Shown one piece after another: positions 1-10,400 of a stretch of DNA of 64,000 nt. The position numbers and the translations under genes are program-made. Origin of the DNA: Sedimentisphaeraceae bacterium JB056 (lineage in GTDB: Bacteria; Planctomycetota; Phycisphaerae; Sedimentisphaerales; Sedimentisphaeraceae); contig JBITAJ010000022.1 of assembly GCA_044440125.1 (NCBI GenBank), forward strand, positions 160,001-224,000. Direction: 5' to 3'. The stretch's first letter is position 1. The number at the start of each line of letters is the position of its first letter. A model generated the notes under the pieces. The model saw nothing but the letters and a program-made list of their open reading frames with translations, was not told the DNA's origin and ran no database searches.

Positions 1-85
1 CGGAAGATAACGCCACGGCCAGAATACTCAATACTACTATTCTGGTTCTTAAAAGATATTTGATCGTTAGAATTAAACTAAGCAT
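1..85 (-). CDS. 5' end of probable ABC transporter permease (LolC/E-FtsX-like), runs off window
   Basis: ATG at 85, 22 nt after phoH stop; reads MLSLILTIKYLLRTRIVVLSILAVALSS (basic patch followed by TM helix, as in LolE-type N-termini). Confidence 0.55.
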   Translation of the reverse strand, partial: MLSLILTIKYLLRTRIVVLSILAVALSS

Positions 86-107
86 CCAGTTCCCTTAGGT
101 AAGGATA

Positions 108-1049
108 TCATTGATTGGAATGTTTCATTTCATACGCATTCACAATGTTCTGCACGAGGCTATGTCGCACTATATCACCCTTTTCCAGCTTGACAAATCC
201 AATACCATCAATATCTTTCAATGTATTGACTGCATCATTAAGACCGCTCATCTCTCCTCTCTGGAGGTCTACCTGAGTCATGTCACCGGTCACTATCATT
301 TTAGAGTTTCTGCCAAGACGGGTCAAAAACATCATCATTTGTGAAGGAGTTGTATTCTGAGCTTCATCACAAATAATAACCGCATCATTGAGTGTACGAC
401 CTCGCATAAAAGCAAGCGGTATTATCTCAATTATATCGAGATCTATAAACTTCTTCATCTGTGCATAATCCATCATATCCTCAAGAGCATCAAAGAGAGG
501 ACGTAAATACGGATTAACCTTAGCCTCTATATCGCCGGGGAGAAAGCCAAGTCTTTCACCTGCCTCAACAGCAGGCCTTACAAGAACTATCTTTCTTATG
601 AGTCTTTTCTTAAGCATTGAAGCGGCGACTGCAACAGCCAAATATGTCTTACCGGTTCCTGCCGGCCCCGTACAAAAAACAAGATCATTCTTGTTCATTT
701 TATCAACATAATCAAGCTGGCCAGTTGTGAAAGGCTGTATGACATCCTTGGGAGAAAAAACACGTATTGCCTTTGCCTCAAAGTCTTCAGTTGATTTACT
801 TACTGCAACTATAATAGAATTGACGTCATCACGGCTAAGCGACTTCTTCTTGCCCAAATGTCTCTGCATACGCTCAATTGCCTTGATCGCCTTTGAGATA
901 CCGGGATTTTCTCCATTGACATATATGATATTGCTTCTGGCTGAAACCTGAACACCATAGGTCGCTCTCAAAAGCCTTAAAAACTCATCAGTAGGCCCGA
1001 ACAACTGTGTTTTATCAATACCAGGATTAAGTTCAACTTGATTTTCCAA
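108..1049 (-). CDS. phoH: PhoH family ATPase
   Basis: GPAGTGKT, RPAVEAGERLGFLPG, DEAQN, GDxTQVDL motifs. Confidence 0.95.
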   Translation of the reverse strand: MENQVELNPGIDKTQLFGPTDEFLRLLRATYGVQVSARSNIIYVNGENPGISKAIKAIERMQRHLGKKKSLSRDDVNSIIVAVSKSTEDFEAKAIRVFSPKDVIQPFTTGQLDYVDKMNKNDLVFCTGPAGTGKTYLAVAVAASMLKKRLIRKIVLVRPAVEAGERLGFLPGDIEAKVNPYLRPLFDALEDMMDYAQMKKFIDLDIIEIIPLAFMRGRTLNDAVIICDEAQNTTPSQMMMFLTRLGRNSKMIVTGDMTQVDLQRGEMSGLNDAVNTLKDIDGIGFVKLEKGDIVRHSLVQNIVNAYEMKHSNQ

Positions 1050-1066
1050 AATTCATCCTCCCATGT

Positions 1067-1930
1067 CTAAATGAAAATAGAGAAAAACAGATATGCCAAA
1101 GGGGCTGCAGCAACAGGCGAATCAACTATATCCAAAACCCCTCCAAAGCCCGGCACTTTCGAGCCAGAATCCTTAAGTCCACTATCTCGCTTTACCATTG
1201 ACTCTGCAAGATCACCAAGTTGCCCAGCAAAAGCAAAGATAACGCCAAACAAAGCACCTTCGGGCCATATCAAGCCATCAACCACACTCGAAAACAATGA
1301 GCCGACCGCAGCTGCAAAGAGGCATGCCCCAGCCATCCCTTCCCATGTTTTACCTGGACTGATTCGGGGTGCAAATTTATGCTTGCCAAACAGCCTGCCT
1401 AAAGTATACGCACCTATATCCGAGGACTTAACTGTAAATACGTAGGTTAGAAGCACTGCAAGGCCAAAATCAATTCGCATGGCCATTACAAAACCGCTCA
1501 AAAAGCCCAAATACATAATTGAAAGAAGAGTTGCTCCACAATTCCGTATTGTTGATTCAGTACCGTTTTTCCTTGCCTGATAAAAAAAACTTCCAAGAAC
1601 GGCGGCAGACAAGACCGTCATCTGCAACCAGAAAACCAAGCAAATGTAAGAAGTGCCAAACTCCGGAGCAAACTGACCTATGAAAAAACTTACCGACAAT
1701 AAAATTGATGCCGGAATCGATATCGGGAGGAACACCGCACATCCTTTTTGCTGACATAAAGCCGTCATTTCAAACTGGGCAGGAATAGCCACCAAGCCAA
1801 CAAGAACAGCGAAAATAATACCTGATATATGGGACTGCCCATAGTCAACCACTATCTTTCCGTCAAAATAAAGCATTACAGAAAGCAAGGCGATCATAAT
1901 TGCGCCAAATATCAACCGGTGTTTAAGCAT
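1067..1930 (-). CDS. cdsA: Phosphatidate cytidylyltransferase
   Basis: SDIGAY, SPGKTWEG, GDLAESMVKRDSGLKDSG..PGFGGVLD signature. Confidence 0.95.
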   Translation of the reverse strand: MLKHRLIFGAIMIALLSVMLYFDGKIVVDYGQSHISGIIFAVLVGLVAIPAQFEMTALCQQKGCAVFLPISIPASILLSVSFFIGQFAPEFGTSYICLVFWLQMTVLSAAVLGSFFYQARKNGTESTIRNCGATLLSIMYLGFLSGFVMAMRIDFGLAVLLTYVFTVKSSDIGAYTLGRLFGKHKFAPRISPGKTWEGMAGACLFAAAVGSLFSSVVDGLIWPEGALFGVIFAFAGQLGDLAESMVKRDSGLKDSGSKVPGFGGVLDIVDSPVAAAPLAYLFFSIFI

Positions 1931-2010
1931 ATATAATCCCCATTAATAAATTCGCCATTGGATGCACATCAAAATACTGCAACCCACTAACATCAACATA
2001 CAAATCCCTT

Positions 2011-2046
2011 AAATTAAACAGCCTCCCCGATAAAACGAGAAGGCTG
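2011..2046 (-). terminator. Intrinsic terminator after asd
   Basis: Minus-strand stem CAGCCTTCTCG/CGGGGAGGCTG followed by TTTAATTT. Confidence 0.7.
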
Positions 2047-2067
2047 CAAAACATTTTGAAAGGGTCT

Positions 2068-3075
2068 TTAGTTTTTAATCATAGTTTCAGCGATCTGAAG
2101 TGCATTAAGTGCCGCACCTTTACGAATCTGATCGCCGCAAATCCAGATATTAATACCTTTGTTATCAGGAAGAGATTCGTCCTGTCTTATGTGACCAACA
2201 TAAACGTCATCATTTCCATCAGCATCCAGAGGCATAGGAAAACGATTATTTTCAAAATCGTCAAGCAACGTTACACCTGGAGCATCTTTCAGTATATCCC
2301 TAACCTCTTGCGGAGTTATAGGGTTTTCAAACTCAAGGTTGATGCTCTCACTATGAGCTCTCATTACAGGAACACGCACACATGTACATGTAATTCCAAT
2401 ACAATCGCAAGAGAATATCTTACGTGTTTCATTAAGCATCTTCATCTCTTCTTCATTGTATCCATTAGGCTTGAGAGGAGAATTGTGACAGAAGAGATTG
2501 AAAGCGATTTGGTAAGGAAACGCTTTAGGCTCAGCAGCTTTACCATCAAGGACATCACGGCTCTGGTCAGCAAGTTCATTCATTGCAGTAACACCAGCAC
2601 CACTTGCCGCCTGATATGTACTTACAATCATACGGTTTACAGGATTAGCTTTGTGAAGCGGCCAAACCGGAACTACCGCAATAATTGTTGAGCAATTCGG
2701 ATTTGCTATTATACCCTTGTGGTTTTCAATCGCTTCAGGGTTAACCTCCGGAACCACCAAAGGTACTTCCGGGTCCATACGAAAGGCTGAGGAATTGTCA
2801 ATCATAACTGCGCCAGCATCCACTACCGCCTGAGCAAATTCCTTACTTCGGCCACCACCAGCACTAAAAAGGGCAATATCAACGCCTTCAAAGCTATCTT
2901 TTGTAAGCTCTTCTACCGTATATTCTTTACCCATAAATTCTATTTTTTTGCCCGCTGAACGACTGCTTGCAAGCATTTTTAACGAATCAAACTTAAAATT
3001 TCTCTGCTCGATAAGACGCAGAAATTCCTGCCCTACAGCACCAGTTACACCGGCAATAGCAAGATTACATCCCAT
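2068..3075 (-). CDS. asd: Aspartate-semialdehyde dehydrogenase
   Basis: GVTGAVG, ANPNCST catalytic Cys, TCVRVPV..HSE, RKGAALN. Confidence 0.96.
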   Translation of the reverse strand: MGCNLAIAGVTGAVGQEFLRLIEQRNFKFDSLKMLASSRSAGKKIEFMGKEYTVEELTKDSFEGVDIALFSAGGGRSKEFAQAVVDAGAVMIDNSSAFRMDPEVPLVVPEVNPEAIENHKGIIANPNCSTIIAVVPVWPLHKANPVNRMIVSTYQAASGAGVTAMNELADQSRDVLDGKAAEPKAFPYQIAFNLFCHNSPLKPNGYNEEEMKMLNETRKIFSCDCIGITCTCVRVPVMRAHSESINLEFENPITPQEVRDILKDAPGVTLLDDFENNRFPMPLDADGNDDVYVGHIRQDESLPDNKGINIWICGDQIRKGAALNALQIAETMIKN

Positions 3076-3141
3076 AATAATTATAGCTCCAAATTGAAGT
3101 TAACATATTTGTCTTTGCGCAATGCGCACAACAAATATCAA

Positions 3142-3170
3142 ATGATATAATAATATCGGCAAAAAATCAA
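3142..3170 (-). promoter_or_regulatory. Putative sigma70 promoter for asd
   Basis: TTGATT-N17-TATCAT on minus strand. Confidence 0.5.
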
Positions 3171-3225
3171 TAATAAATCTGCTATAAACAAGTTATAATC
3201 AAATTATCCACATCCCTCAGCAAGC

Positions 3226-4101
3226 TTATCCTAAAACTTTTATACTGTAGCTACACGAAAATTGTTTGCCCGGATTAAGCAATTCTATACCCTCTTTCTC
3301 AGTAATATCACCCTCAAAACCTTTGACATCGTCATACCCCAGCCATGGTTCTATGCATATGAACGGTGCATCTTCAGATTTTGTCCACAACCCAAGATGT
3401 TTGAATCCAGCAAAGTCTATTTCAAGCCTCCGCCCTCTTTTGCGACTGCATAAATAAAGTCGCGACGAGTTCAACTGCTTGAATACCAAAGCATCATCCT
3501 TGAACATATGACGATCAAGAGTTAATAAGTCCTGATTTTCCAGATATTTTGGTTCACACTTAGCAAGCAAGTCGTCAACTATTCTCCAACAATCCGCCGT
3601 TTCATTTCTGTCAAATTCGATATAATAATCCGAGAATTTCTCATCCTCATCTAACGGACAGTTAAAGCCAGGATGTGCTCCCAGAGAAAAACACATAACC
3701 TTTTCATCTGAATTTGTTACGGTAAAACAAATTTCGAGACAATTCTCTACGAGCTTGTATTCTACATCAAAAAGGAATTTATAAGGATAAACGGAATATG
3801 TATAATCAGAATCAGCAATCCGGTATCTGAGATTAGTACCACAATGCTCTATCAATTCAAATTCGGTCTTCCTCGCAAACCCATGCTTAGGCATATCAAA
3901 TATCTGCCCATCTATTACAAGTCCTTGTTTTCTTATTCGCCCCACTACAGGAAACAGTATTGGACTTTGCCCATTCCAATATTTTGCGTCTCCAGTCCAC
4001 AAAAACTCTTTGTTATTTTTAAGCTGTTTCAACGAACAAAGTTCTGCACCTTCTGTCTTAACATCAACGCTTAAAAAATCATTTGAAATACTATTAATCA
4101 T
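3226..4101 (-). CDS. Aldose 1-epimerase family protein (LacX-like)
   Basis: SPILFPVVG, KHGFAR, GAHPGF, FICIEPW motifs. Confidence 0.9.
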   Translation of the reverse strand: MINSISNDFLSVDVKTEGAELCSLKQLKNNKEFLWTGDAKYWNGQSPILFPVVGRIRKQGLVIDGQIFDMPKHGFARKTEFELIEHCGTNLRYRIADSDYTYSVYPYKFLFDVEYKLVENCLEICFTVTNSDEKVMCFSLGAHPGFNCPLDEDEKFSDYYIEFDRNETADCWRIVDDLLAKCEPKYLENQDLLTLDRHMFKDDALVFKQLNSSRLYLCSRKRGRRLEIDFAGFKHLGLWTKSEDAPFICIEPWLGYDDVKGFEGDITEKEGIELLNPGKQFSCSYSIKVLG

Positions 4102-4134
4102 GATAAACTTTCAAACCATCTAATTATTTAAATT

Positions 4135-4176
4135 AAAAAAACGGCAACAAGTTACGAAACCTGATGCCGCTGTTTT
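4135..4176 (-). terminator. Probable intrinsic terminator
   Basis: Imperfect minus-strand stem GCGGCA..CAGGTT/AACTTG..TGCCGT followed by a T run. Confidence 0.6.
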
Positions 4177-4194
4177 CGATATATTATACTCAAA

Positions 4195-4620
4195 TCATTG
4201 CTGTGGAGGCTGTTGATTATTACTCATATTAACCTCACGGCAAACGATTCTTCTTTCACCGAGCAGACAGTTATTAGCATAAAGCTGGAATCTGTATTCT
4301 CCTGGCTCAGGGAAAACGATGCCTTGCATTCTTAAGGCAAGAGTCAATACATGCCTTACATCCCTGAAATCAACACTCTTTTTCTGCTGAAAAAGAATCC
4401 TATCATCTTCTTCAAGATCTACAAGACGAATTTCCACTTCAGTTTCACCGTGACCATTTGTCAGCTCACAAAAGAACACAAGCTCTGAGTGGCGTACCGG
4501 GAACTGAGGAGCATTAACCATCTGAACAATATTTATAACACTGGGCATTCCTGTTATACGATCAAATATAACTCTGTCACAGGTTATAGCAGAAAGCAAA
4601 ATTGGCGGTATTTCCGACAT
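4195..4620 (-). CDS. Conserved hypothetical beta-sandwich protein (DUF6941-like)
   Basis: CD.V..D..TG..S.I and FPEPGEYRFQL pattern; start moved to ATG 4620, which follows GGGAG. Confidence 0.6.
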   Translation of the reverse strand: MSEIPPILLSAITCDRVIFDRITGMPSVINIVQMVNAPQFPVRHSELVFFCELTNGHGETEVEIRLVDLEEDDRILFQQKKSVDFRDVRHVLTLALRMQGIVFPEPGEYRFQLYANNCLLGERRIVCREVNMSNNQQPPQQ

Positions 4621-4664
4621 TATAATTCTCCCATTATTCAGATATATCGGTATCATTAACGATT

Positions 4665-4692
4665 AAAATGGCGGGCCTTACAGACCCGCCAT
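4665..4692 (-). terminator. Intrinsic terminator after pnp
   Basis: ATGGCGGGTC-TGTAA-GGCCCGCCAT followed by TTT on minus strand. Confidence 0.75.
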
Positions 4693-4703
4693 CGAATCAT
4701 TAA

Positions 4704-6824
4704 TTATTCATTGCTATCTTCTTTGCCCTCTTGACCGTCGAGCTCTTCAAGAGCTTTTTTGCGTGAGAACTTGATTCGACCCATCTTATCGATCTCATAA
4801 AGCTTAACAGGCATTATATCGCCGACCTTACATATCTTGCTGGCATCCTTAACAAATCCATCGCTAAGTTCGCTAATATGACAAAGTCCTTCAACACCTG
4901 GAGCGATTTCGACAAACACACCAAAATCCTTAATTGAAACAACCTTGGCATTAGGATACAAGGCTCCTAATTCTGGTTTAGCCGTCATAGCCTCAATTAT
5001 ACTGTAGGCCTCTTTATCACCGTTACCTTCAGAACAGCTTATCACTACCTTGCCATCATCAGAAATTTCGATAACAGTACCGGTTTCTTCCTGAATACGT
5101 TTGATAGTCGCTCCACCAGGACCGATAAGCTTACCGATGAACTCAGGATCGATATAGATACTGGTAAGTTTTGGTGCATATTTGCTAAGATCTGTACGTG
5201 GAGCATCAATAGCCTGCCCCATCGTTTCAAGAATCTGAAGTCGTGCTTTGCGTGCTCTTTCGAGTGTTTCAACAAGAATACTATGAGGCAAACCTTGAGC
5301 TTTAAGGTCAAGCTGGATAGCTGTGATACCATCTTCAGTACCTGCCACTTTAAAGTCCATATCGCCAAAGTGATCTTCTTCACCAAGAATATCAGTAATG
5401 AGCTGATAGCCATTTTCATCACTTACCATACCGACTGAAATGCCTGCTACAGGTTTTTCCATTGGAACACCTGCATCAAGCAGAGCAAGAGTACCGCCAC
5501 AAACAGAGGCCATTGAGCTTGAACCGTTTGAACCTGTAATATCAGATACTACCTTGATAGTGTATGGAAAATCTTCTGAACTTGGAGCAACAGCTTCGAG
5601 AGCCTTTTCTGCCAAGGCACCGTGACCAATCTCACGTCTTCCCGGGCCACGTACAGGGCGTACCTCACCAACTGAATACGGCGGGAAGTTATAGTGGAGC
5701 ATGAAGTTTTGACCAAACTCATCATGTATACCATCTATTATCTGCTCATCACGACCAGTACCAAGAATAATTGAAATGAGGGCCTGAGTCTCTCCACGAC
5801 TAAATAATGCTGAGCCGTGAACACGTGGTATAAGACCAACTTCGCAACTCAACGGTCTAACTGTATCATAATCACGACCATCAGGACGACGACCGCTTCT
5901 GATAAGCTTACGAACAACCTCTTCTTCAATACGATCAAGCATACGCTTCATATCAGAAACTGTAGAACGCGGCTCTTCGCACTCGCAATATTTTTCAATC
6001 ATCTCATTTGAGATCGCTTTCATTGCGGCATTACGCTCAAGCTTCGCATCAATATGCTTAGCGTCTATCATACGCTGCTCAACAAGCTCTTTCACTTCTT
6101 TATTAAGTTCAGGATCAAGTTCGCGAAGAACACAAACTTTCTCTTTTCCACATTTTGACTGAAGCTCTGTGATCATATCACAAACTTCACCAATCCATTT
6201 GTGTGCCTCAAGCACTGCTTCAGACATAGCATCTTCTTTGATCTGCTTTGCGGCAACTTCGATCATATTGATCTCTTCTTTGCGTCCGCCAAGCATAAGA
6301 TTCAAATCACTGTTTTCCATTTGTGAGCGAGTTGGAAACGCTACAAACTTACCGTCAATACGGCCAAGCTTACAAGCTGCAAGCGGCCCCTGGAAAGGTA
6401 TGCTGCTTATGCACAATGCCGCACTTGATGCTATTATCGCCAATACATCAGGATCATTTTCCTTGTCAGCACTGAGAACGTTAACCATTATCTGTACTTC
6501 TTCAAAGTAGTCAGCAGGAAAAAGCGGTCTGATAGGCCTGTCGATACAACGTGCGATAAGAATCTCTCTTGAACTTGGGCGTCCCTCACGCTTCATGAAT
6601 CCGCCGGGGAATTTACCCGCAGCAACCTGACGCTCTCTGTAGTCTACACTTAGTGGGAAAAAGTCAATGCCTTCTCTGGCCTCTCCACCACACGCTGAAG
6701 CCAAAAGCATTGTTTCACCATAGGTAACAATGACAGCGCCATCAGCTTGATTTGCAATTCTTCCTGTTTCGATGGTCAACATTTGACCAGCAATTTCTCT
6801 TTCTACTTTTGTAATCTTATTCAT
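4704..6824 (-). CDS. pnp: Polyribonucleotide nucleotidyltransferase (PNPase)
   Basis: Two RNase PH domains (GGFMKREG, RREIGHG, SNGSSSMASVC, GDMDFKVAG) plus KH and S1 domains; downstream of rpsO. Confidence 0.98.
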   Translation of the reverse strand: MNKITKVEREIAGQMLTIETGRIANQADGAVIVTYGETMLLASACGGEAREGIDFFPLSVDYRERQVAAGKFPGGFMKREGRPSSREILIARCIDRPIRPLFPADYFEEVQIMVNVLSADKENDPDVLAIIASSAALCISSIPFQGPLAACKLGRIDGKFVAFPTRSQMENSDLNLMLGGRKEEINMIEVAAKQIKEDAMSEAVLEAHKWIGEVCDMITELQSKCGKEKVCVLRELDPELNKEVKELVEQRMIDAKHIDAKLERNAAMKAISNEMIEKYCECEEPRSTVSDMKRMLDRIEEEVVRKLIRSGRRPDGRDYDTVRPLSCEVGLIPRVHGSALFSRGETQALISIILGTGRDEQIIDGIHDEFGQNFMLHYNFPPYSVGEVRPVRGPGRREIGHGALAEKALEAVAPSSEDFPYTIKVVSDITGSNGSSSMASVCGGTLALLDAGVPMEKPVAGISVGMVSDENGYQLITDILGEEDHFGDMDFKVAGTEDGITAIQLDLKAQGLPHSILVETLERARKARLQILETMGQAIDAPRTDLSKYAPKLTSIYIDPEFIGKLIGPGGATIKRIQEETGTVIEISDDGKVVISCSEGNGDKEAYSIIEAMTAKPELGALYPNAKVVSIKDFGVFVEIAPGVEGLCHISELSDGFVKDASKICKVGDIMPVKLYEIDKMGRIKFSRKKALEELDGQEGKEDSNE

Positions 6825-6973
6825 TCATCTATTCCTTCATTAATTACATCAGACAGACGCCTACATTTCGGAATTCTACTTACTTCTCAAATCCCGCATA
6901 TTAAATTATGTCTGCCGCCGGACACATCCGACCTAAACTTCTTTATCTAAACCGCACAAGCGGTAAAATGCAA

Positions 6974-7017
6974 AGAGACACAGACAGTTCGACCATATGG
7001 TCACCGCCTGCGTCTCT
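6974..7017 (-). promoter_or_regulatory. Long RNA hairpin in rpsO-pnp spacer (terminator or processing stem)
   Basis: AGAGACGCAGGCGGT/ACTGTCTGTGTCTCT pairs fully on the minus strand using three G-U pairs, capped by GACCATATGGTC. Confidence 0.65.
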
Positions 7018-7048
7018 ATATTTTTCGTTAAGAAGACCTGCTCCCAAA

Positions 7049-7315
7049 TTACTTACGCAGGCCAAGCTTGCTGATTATAGCTCTATAACGATTAACATCC
7101 TTTTTGCTGAGATATTTCAACAATGACGCTCTCGTCGCTACCATTTTCAGCAGTCCTCGACGTGAAGCATGATCCTTTTTATGATCCTTAAGGTGACCTG
7201 TAAGTTCATTAATCCTTGATGTAAGGATGGCAATCTGAACTTCAGGAGAACCTGTATCCTTGTCATTGATCTTATTTTCTTCAATAACCTGCTGCTTTAC
7301 TTCTTTAGCTATCAT
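7049..7315 (-). CDS. rpsO: 30S ribosomal protein S15
   Basis: [13 protein letters not shown]...[15 protein letters not shown] signature. Confidence 0.98.
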   Translation of the reverse strand: MIAKEVKQQVIEENKINDKDTGSPEVQIAILTSRINELTGHLKDHKKDHASRRGLLKMVATRASLLKYLSKKDVNRYRAIISKLGLRK

Positions 7316-7427
7316 TTAACTAAAACCTTTCATTACAATCACTTAAAACCATTCACCTATAGCTGCGCAGCAACGCACTGCCCGGCTAAGCTAAGCATTT
7401 CAAGTAAATTATCTACTTACGGGGGCA

Positions 7428-7455
7428 ATTATAACGAATAAATTATATATTGCAA
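7428..7455 (-). promoter_or_regulatory. Putative sigma70 promoter for rpsO-pnp
   Basis: TTGCAA-N16-TATAAT. Confidence 0.6.
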
Positions 7456-7492
7456 CAAAAAATAAGTACCGCCTTGGGCTGTAAACTCAATC

Positions 7493-10400
7493 TTATTCCA
7501 TTGCCGCATAATCATTTATACCATTTACAAGAACAATAACATCTTTAAGATTTACTATCCCATCATAATTATAATCATTTTGGAGGCGAATATCGGCAGG
7601 AAGGTTCTGGTTGCTCTCCAGCCACCATCCTATCATCACCGCAATATCATCCAGGTTAATCACTCCATCATAGTTTGCATCTCCTGGCTCTGCTTCCCAG
7701 AAAAGACGAGGTGACTCTTGATCGTACTGGAACCAACAGTCCATTCGCCCATCCTCATTATTATTAACTGTATCCCAGCCGAATGTCTCAAGCAGACATG
7801 GGTTTGCAGGGTCGAGCGTTAAGCAACCATCCAAAGTACCGTCATCTATTGAGACTATTGCTTCAAAAGTGTAGCAATTTCTTAACTCCCCTGCATTTTC
7901 ACCGACGAAGCCTGCCGCAAAGTATGCCGAACAATCGGCAAAGCTGTAGCAGTCATTGATTCTTCCAACATTGTAACCCGCTATACCGCCTACTGTTATA
8001 TAACCTTCAACACTGCCGTAGCTGCGGCAGCAACTGATCATGCCCTGATTTTGGCCGGCAATTATACCGGAATCAAAATTGAAATATCTTGCCGCAACTA
8101 TATCCGCTTCAACTCCAAGGTTCTGAATGACACCGCCAGTACCTACAACTCCGAAAAGCCCCTGCGCCGGATTATCACAGAAATCTAACTCAAGATTAGT
8201 GATCGTATGACCGCAACCATTGAATTCTCCGCTGAACGGTATTTCAAGGCTGCCTATTGGAAGCAGATAAATGCCGCTACAATCTATATCACCTTCCAAT
8301 ACCACATCAAGATTCCAGTATTCGCTGTTCTCACTAATATACAGAAGCTCATCGGCAAGCAACACCTCCAAAGGCTCTTCTATTCCATCTTTGCCGTTAA
8401 ACCTCTCACGGTATTTAGCTTGTATAGTTATGTCTTTTACGACATTAGTAAAATCACCATTCCAACCTGCGAAATACCAGCCTTCATCTGCCGCTATAAC
8501 TGGGGCGGTTGCACCGGTCTGAAAAGCTACACTCTGAATCAGGCTGCCGCTCTCAATGTTCCCATGTTCTCCCAGATCAAAAATTACAGTAAACGACATT
8601 CGTTCATATCGAGCATTGACTGTTAAATCAGATGTAATCATGTCAAAACTCTTATCCCATCCAATGAACAGCCAGCCATAGACTGAATCAACTTCGGGAG
8701 CGATTGCCGGGTCTCTCTCCTCTACTGTCTGGATAAGTTCTCCGCCTCCGATTCTTGTACCTCCATTACCAAGATTGAAAGTTACGGTGTAAAGTGGTGT
8801 TGTGTCCAATGTCTGCCAGATCAGTATAGGATAGCCTGAATAATCAGAGTCAACATCTGACATTATCCATGTGTTATTGAAATCCCAACGGTAAGAAGGA
8901 AATGTACTTTGTATTTTCATCTGAGAGGTCGACAAGCCTGTACCGGCACCAGATGTTGTTTGAACGCCAGATACTTCTTCATTCCAAAAGCAATCATAAA
9001 CTCTTGCCCAACCTTTATTATAGCCTATTAGACCGCCCGTATTACTGATACCATTAATAATACCGGCACTGTAACTACCAGAGAATTCACACTCACTTAC
9101 ATAGCCAGATAAACTACCAACATTAGTTCCACCATCAACACTGCCCACATTAAAACTACTGTATATTCGCCCATAATTATTAATGCCTACTAAACCGCCA
9201 ACGTTATTCTGCTGACCCAAAACCCTTCCAGCAAAATAACTTTTACTAATCATGCTCCAACCTTTGCTTTCGCCAATAAGTCCGCCGACATTATTATCAC
9301 CGTACACTTCAGCTATACTATAACTTTCAGCTATTGTGTCTCTATATGTACTACCTATTAATCCGCCAACATTATTGTTACCAGTAATAATGCCTGAACT
9401 GTAGCTGTTTTCAATATTTCCCTCAGCAGTAGCACTCAAACCTATCATCCCCCCAATAAAATCGTTGCCACTGACATTTCCCGAATTAGAGCTGTCATTT
9501 ATTCTACCCTCATAATTATAGCCCACTAATCCTCCAATATTATCACTGCCTGTTACACTCCCCGAGTTAAAGCTATCTGATATATTACCTCTGTTTTCAC
9601 CTACAAGACCTCCAACATTCTCAGATGTTCCATCAACTGATACTTCACTCGAACAATAACTTATGTTTCCCCAATTTCTGCCCACCAAAGCACCAACATT
9701 TTCACTGCCAATAACCGTACCGTTACAGCAGCTATCCATTATATTCCCATGATTTTCCGCTGCTAATGCGCCAACTAATGCACTGCCAGTTACATTACAA
9801 TTGTCAATATTGACATTTATACTTGCGTTTGTGGTTAGATAGCTAAATAAGCCGGAATAACCGCCTCCGAAAATATTCATATTTTTAATTGCAAAACCAT
9901 TGCCATTGAAGCTGCCGTCAAAGCAATATATAATAGCGGTTTTGCAATTAATCGCAGACATATCGATATCATTTAAAAGGGTATAATTCGCAGATATGTC
10001 ATAATTGTTTATTGCAGCAAGCTCAACTGCCGAAGTGATTTGGAATGGTTTTGCGACAGATCCGTCACCTGTTAGAACGGTTGGATTGTAATCACTAAAT
10101 GCTGTCAGTTGCGGATATCCACCAGCTAAAGGCATTTGCCATGTATTACCTATTCCATTTACTGTTTCACCCAAAAAGTTCCAGCCTGCATCCGCAAATG
10201 TAGACAAGGTCTGTAACTGGTCAGTTGTCTTTCCCGTACCGCTGCTGCTATATGTCATACCACTTGTTTGCGTATCCCAGAAACATCCAGATTCAGTTCC
10301 ATTAGAACCTGCGCCTATTAAACCGCCTTTATAAGCACCGCCCTGAACACTGCCTGTGCTGTAGCAGTGAGCAACATTGCCGTCATTGCAACCTGCCAAA

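Noticed and set aside
3204..3212. Perfect DnaA box TTATCCACA
   Set aside because: Single copy with no box cluster or dnaA nearby; insufficient for an origin, and chance occurrence is plausible
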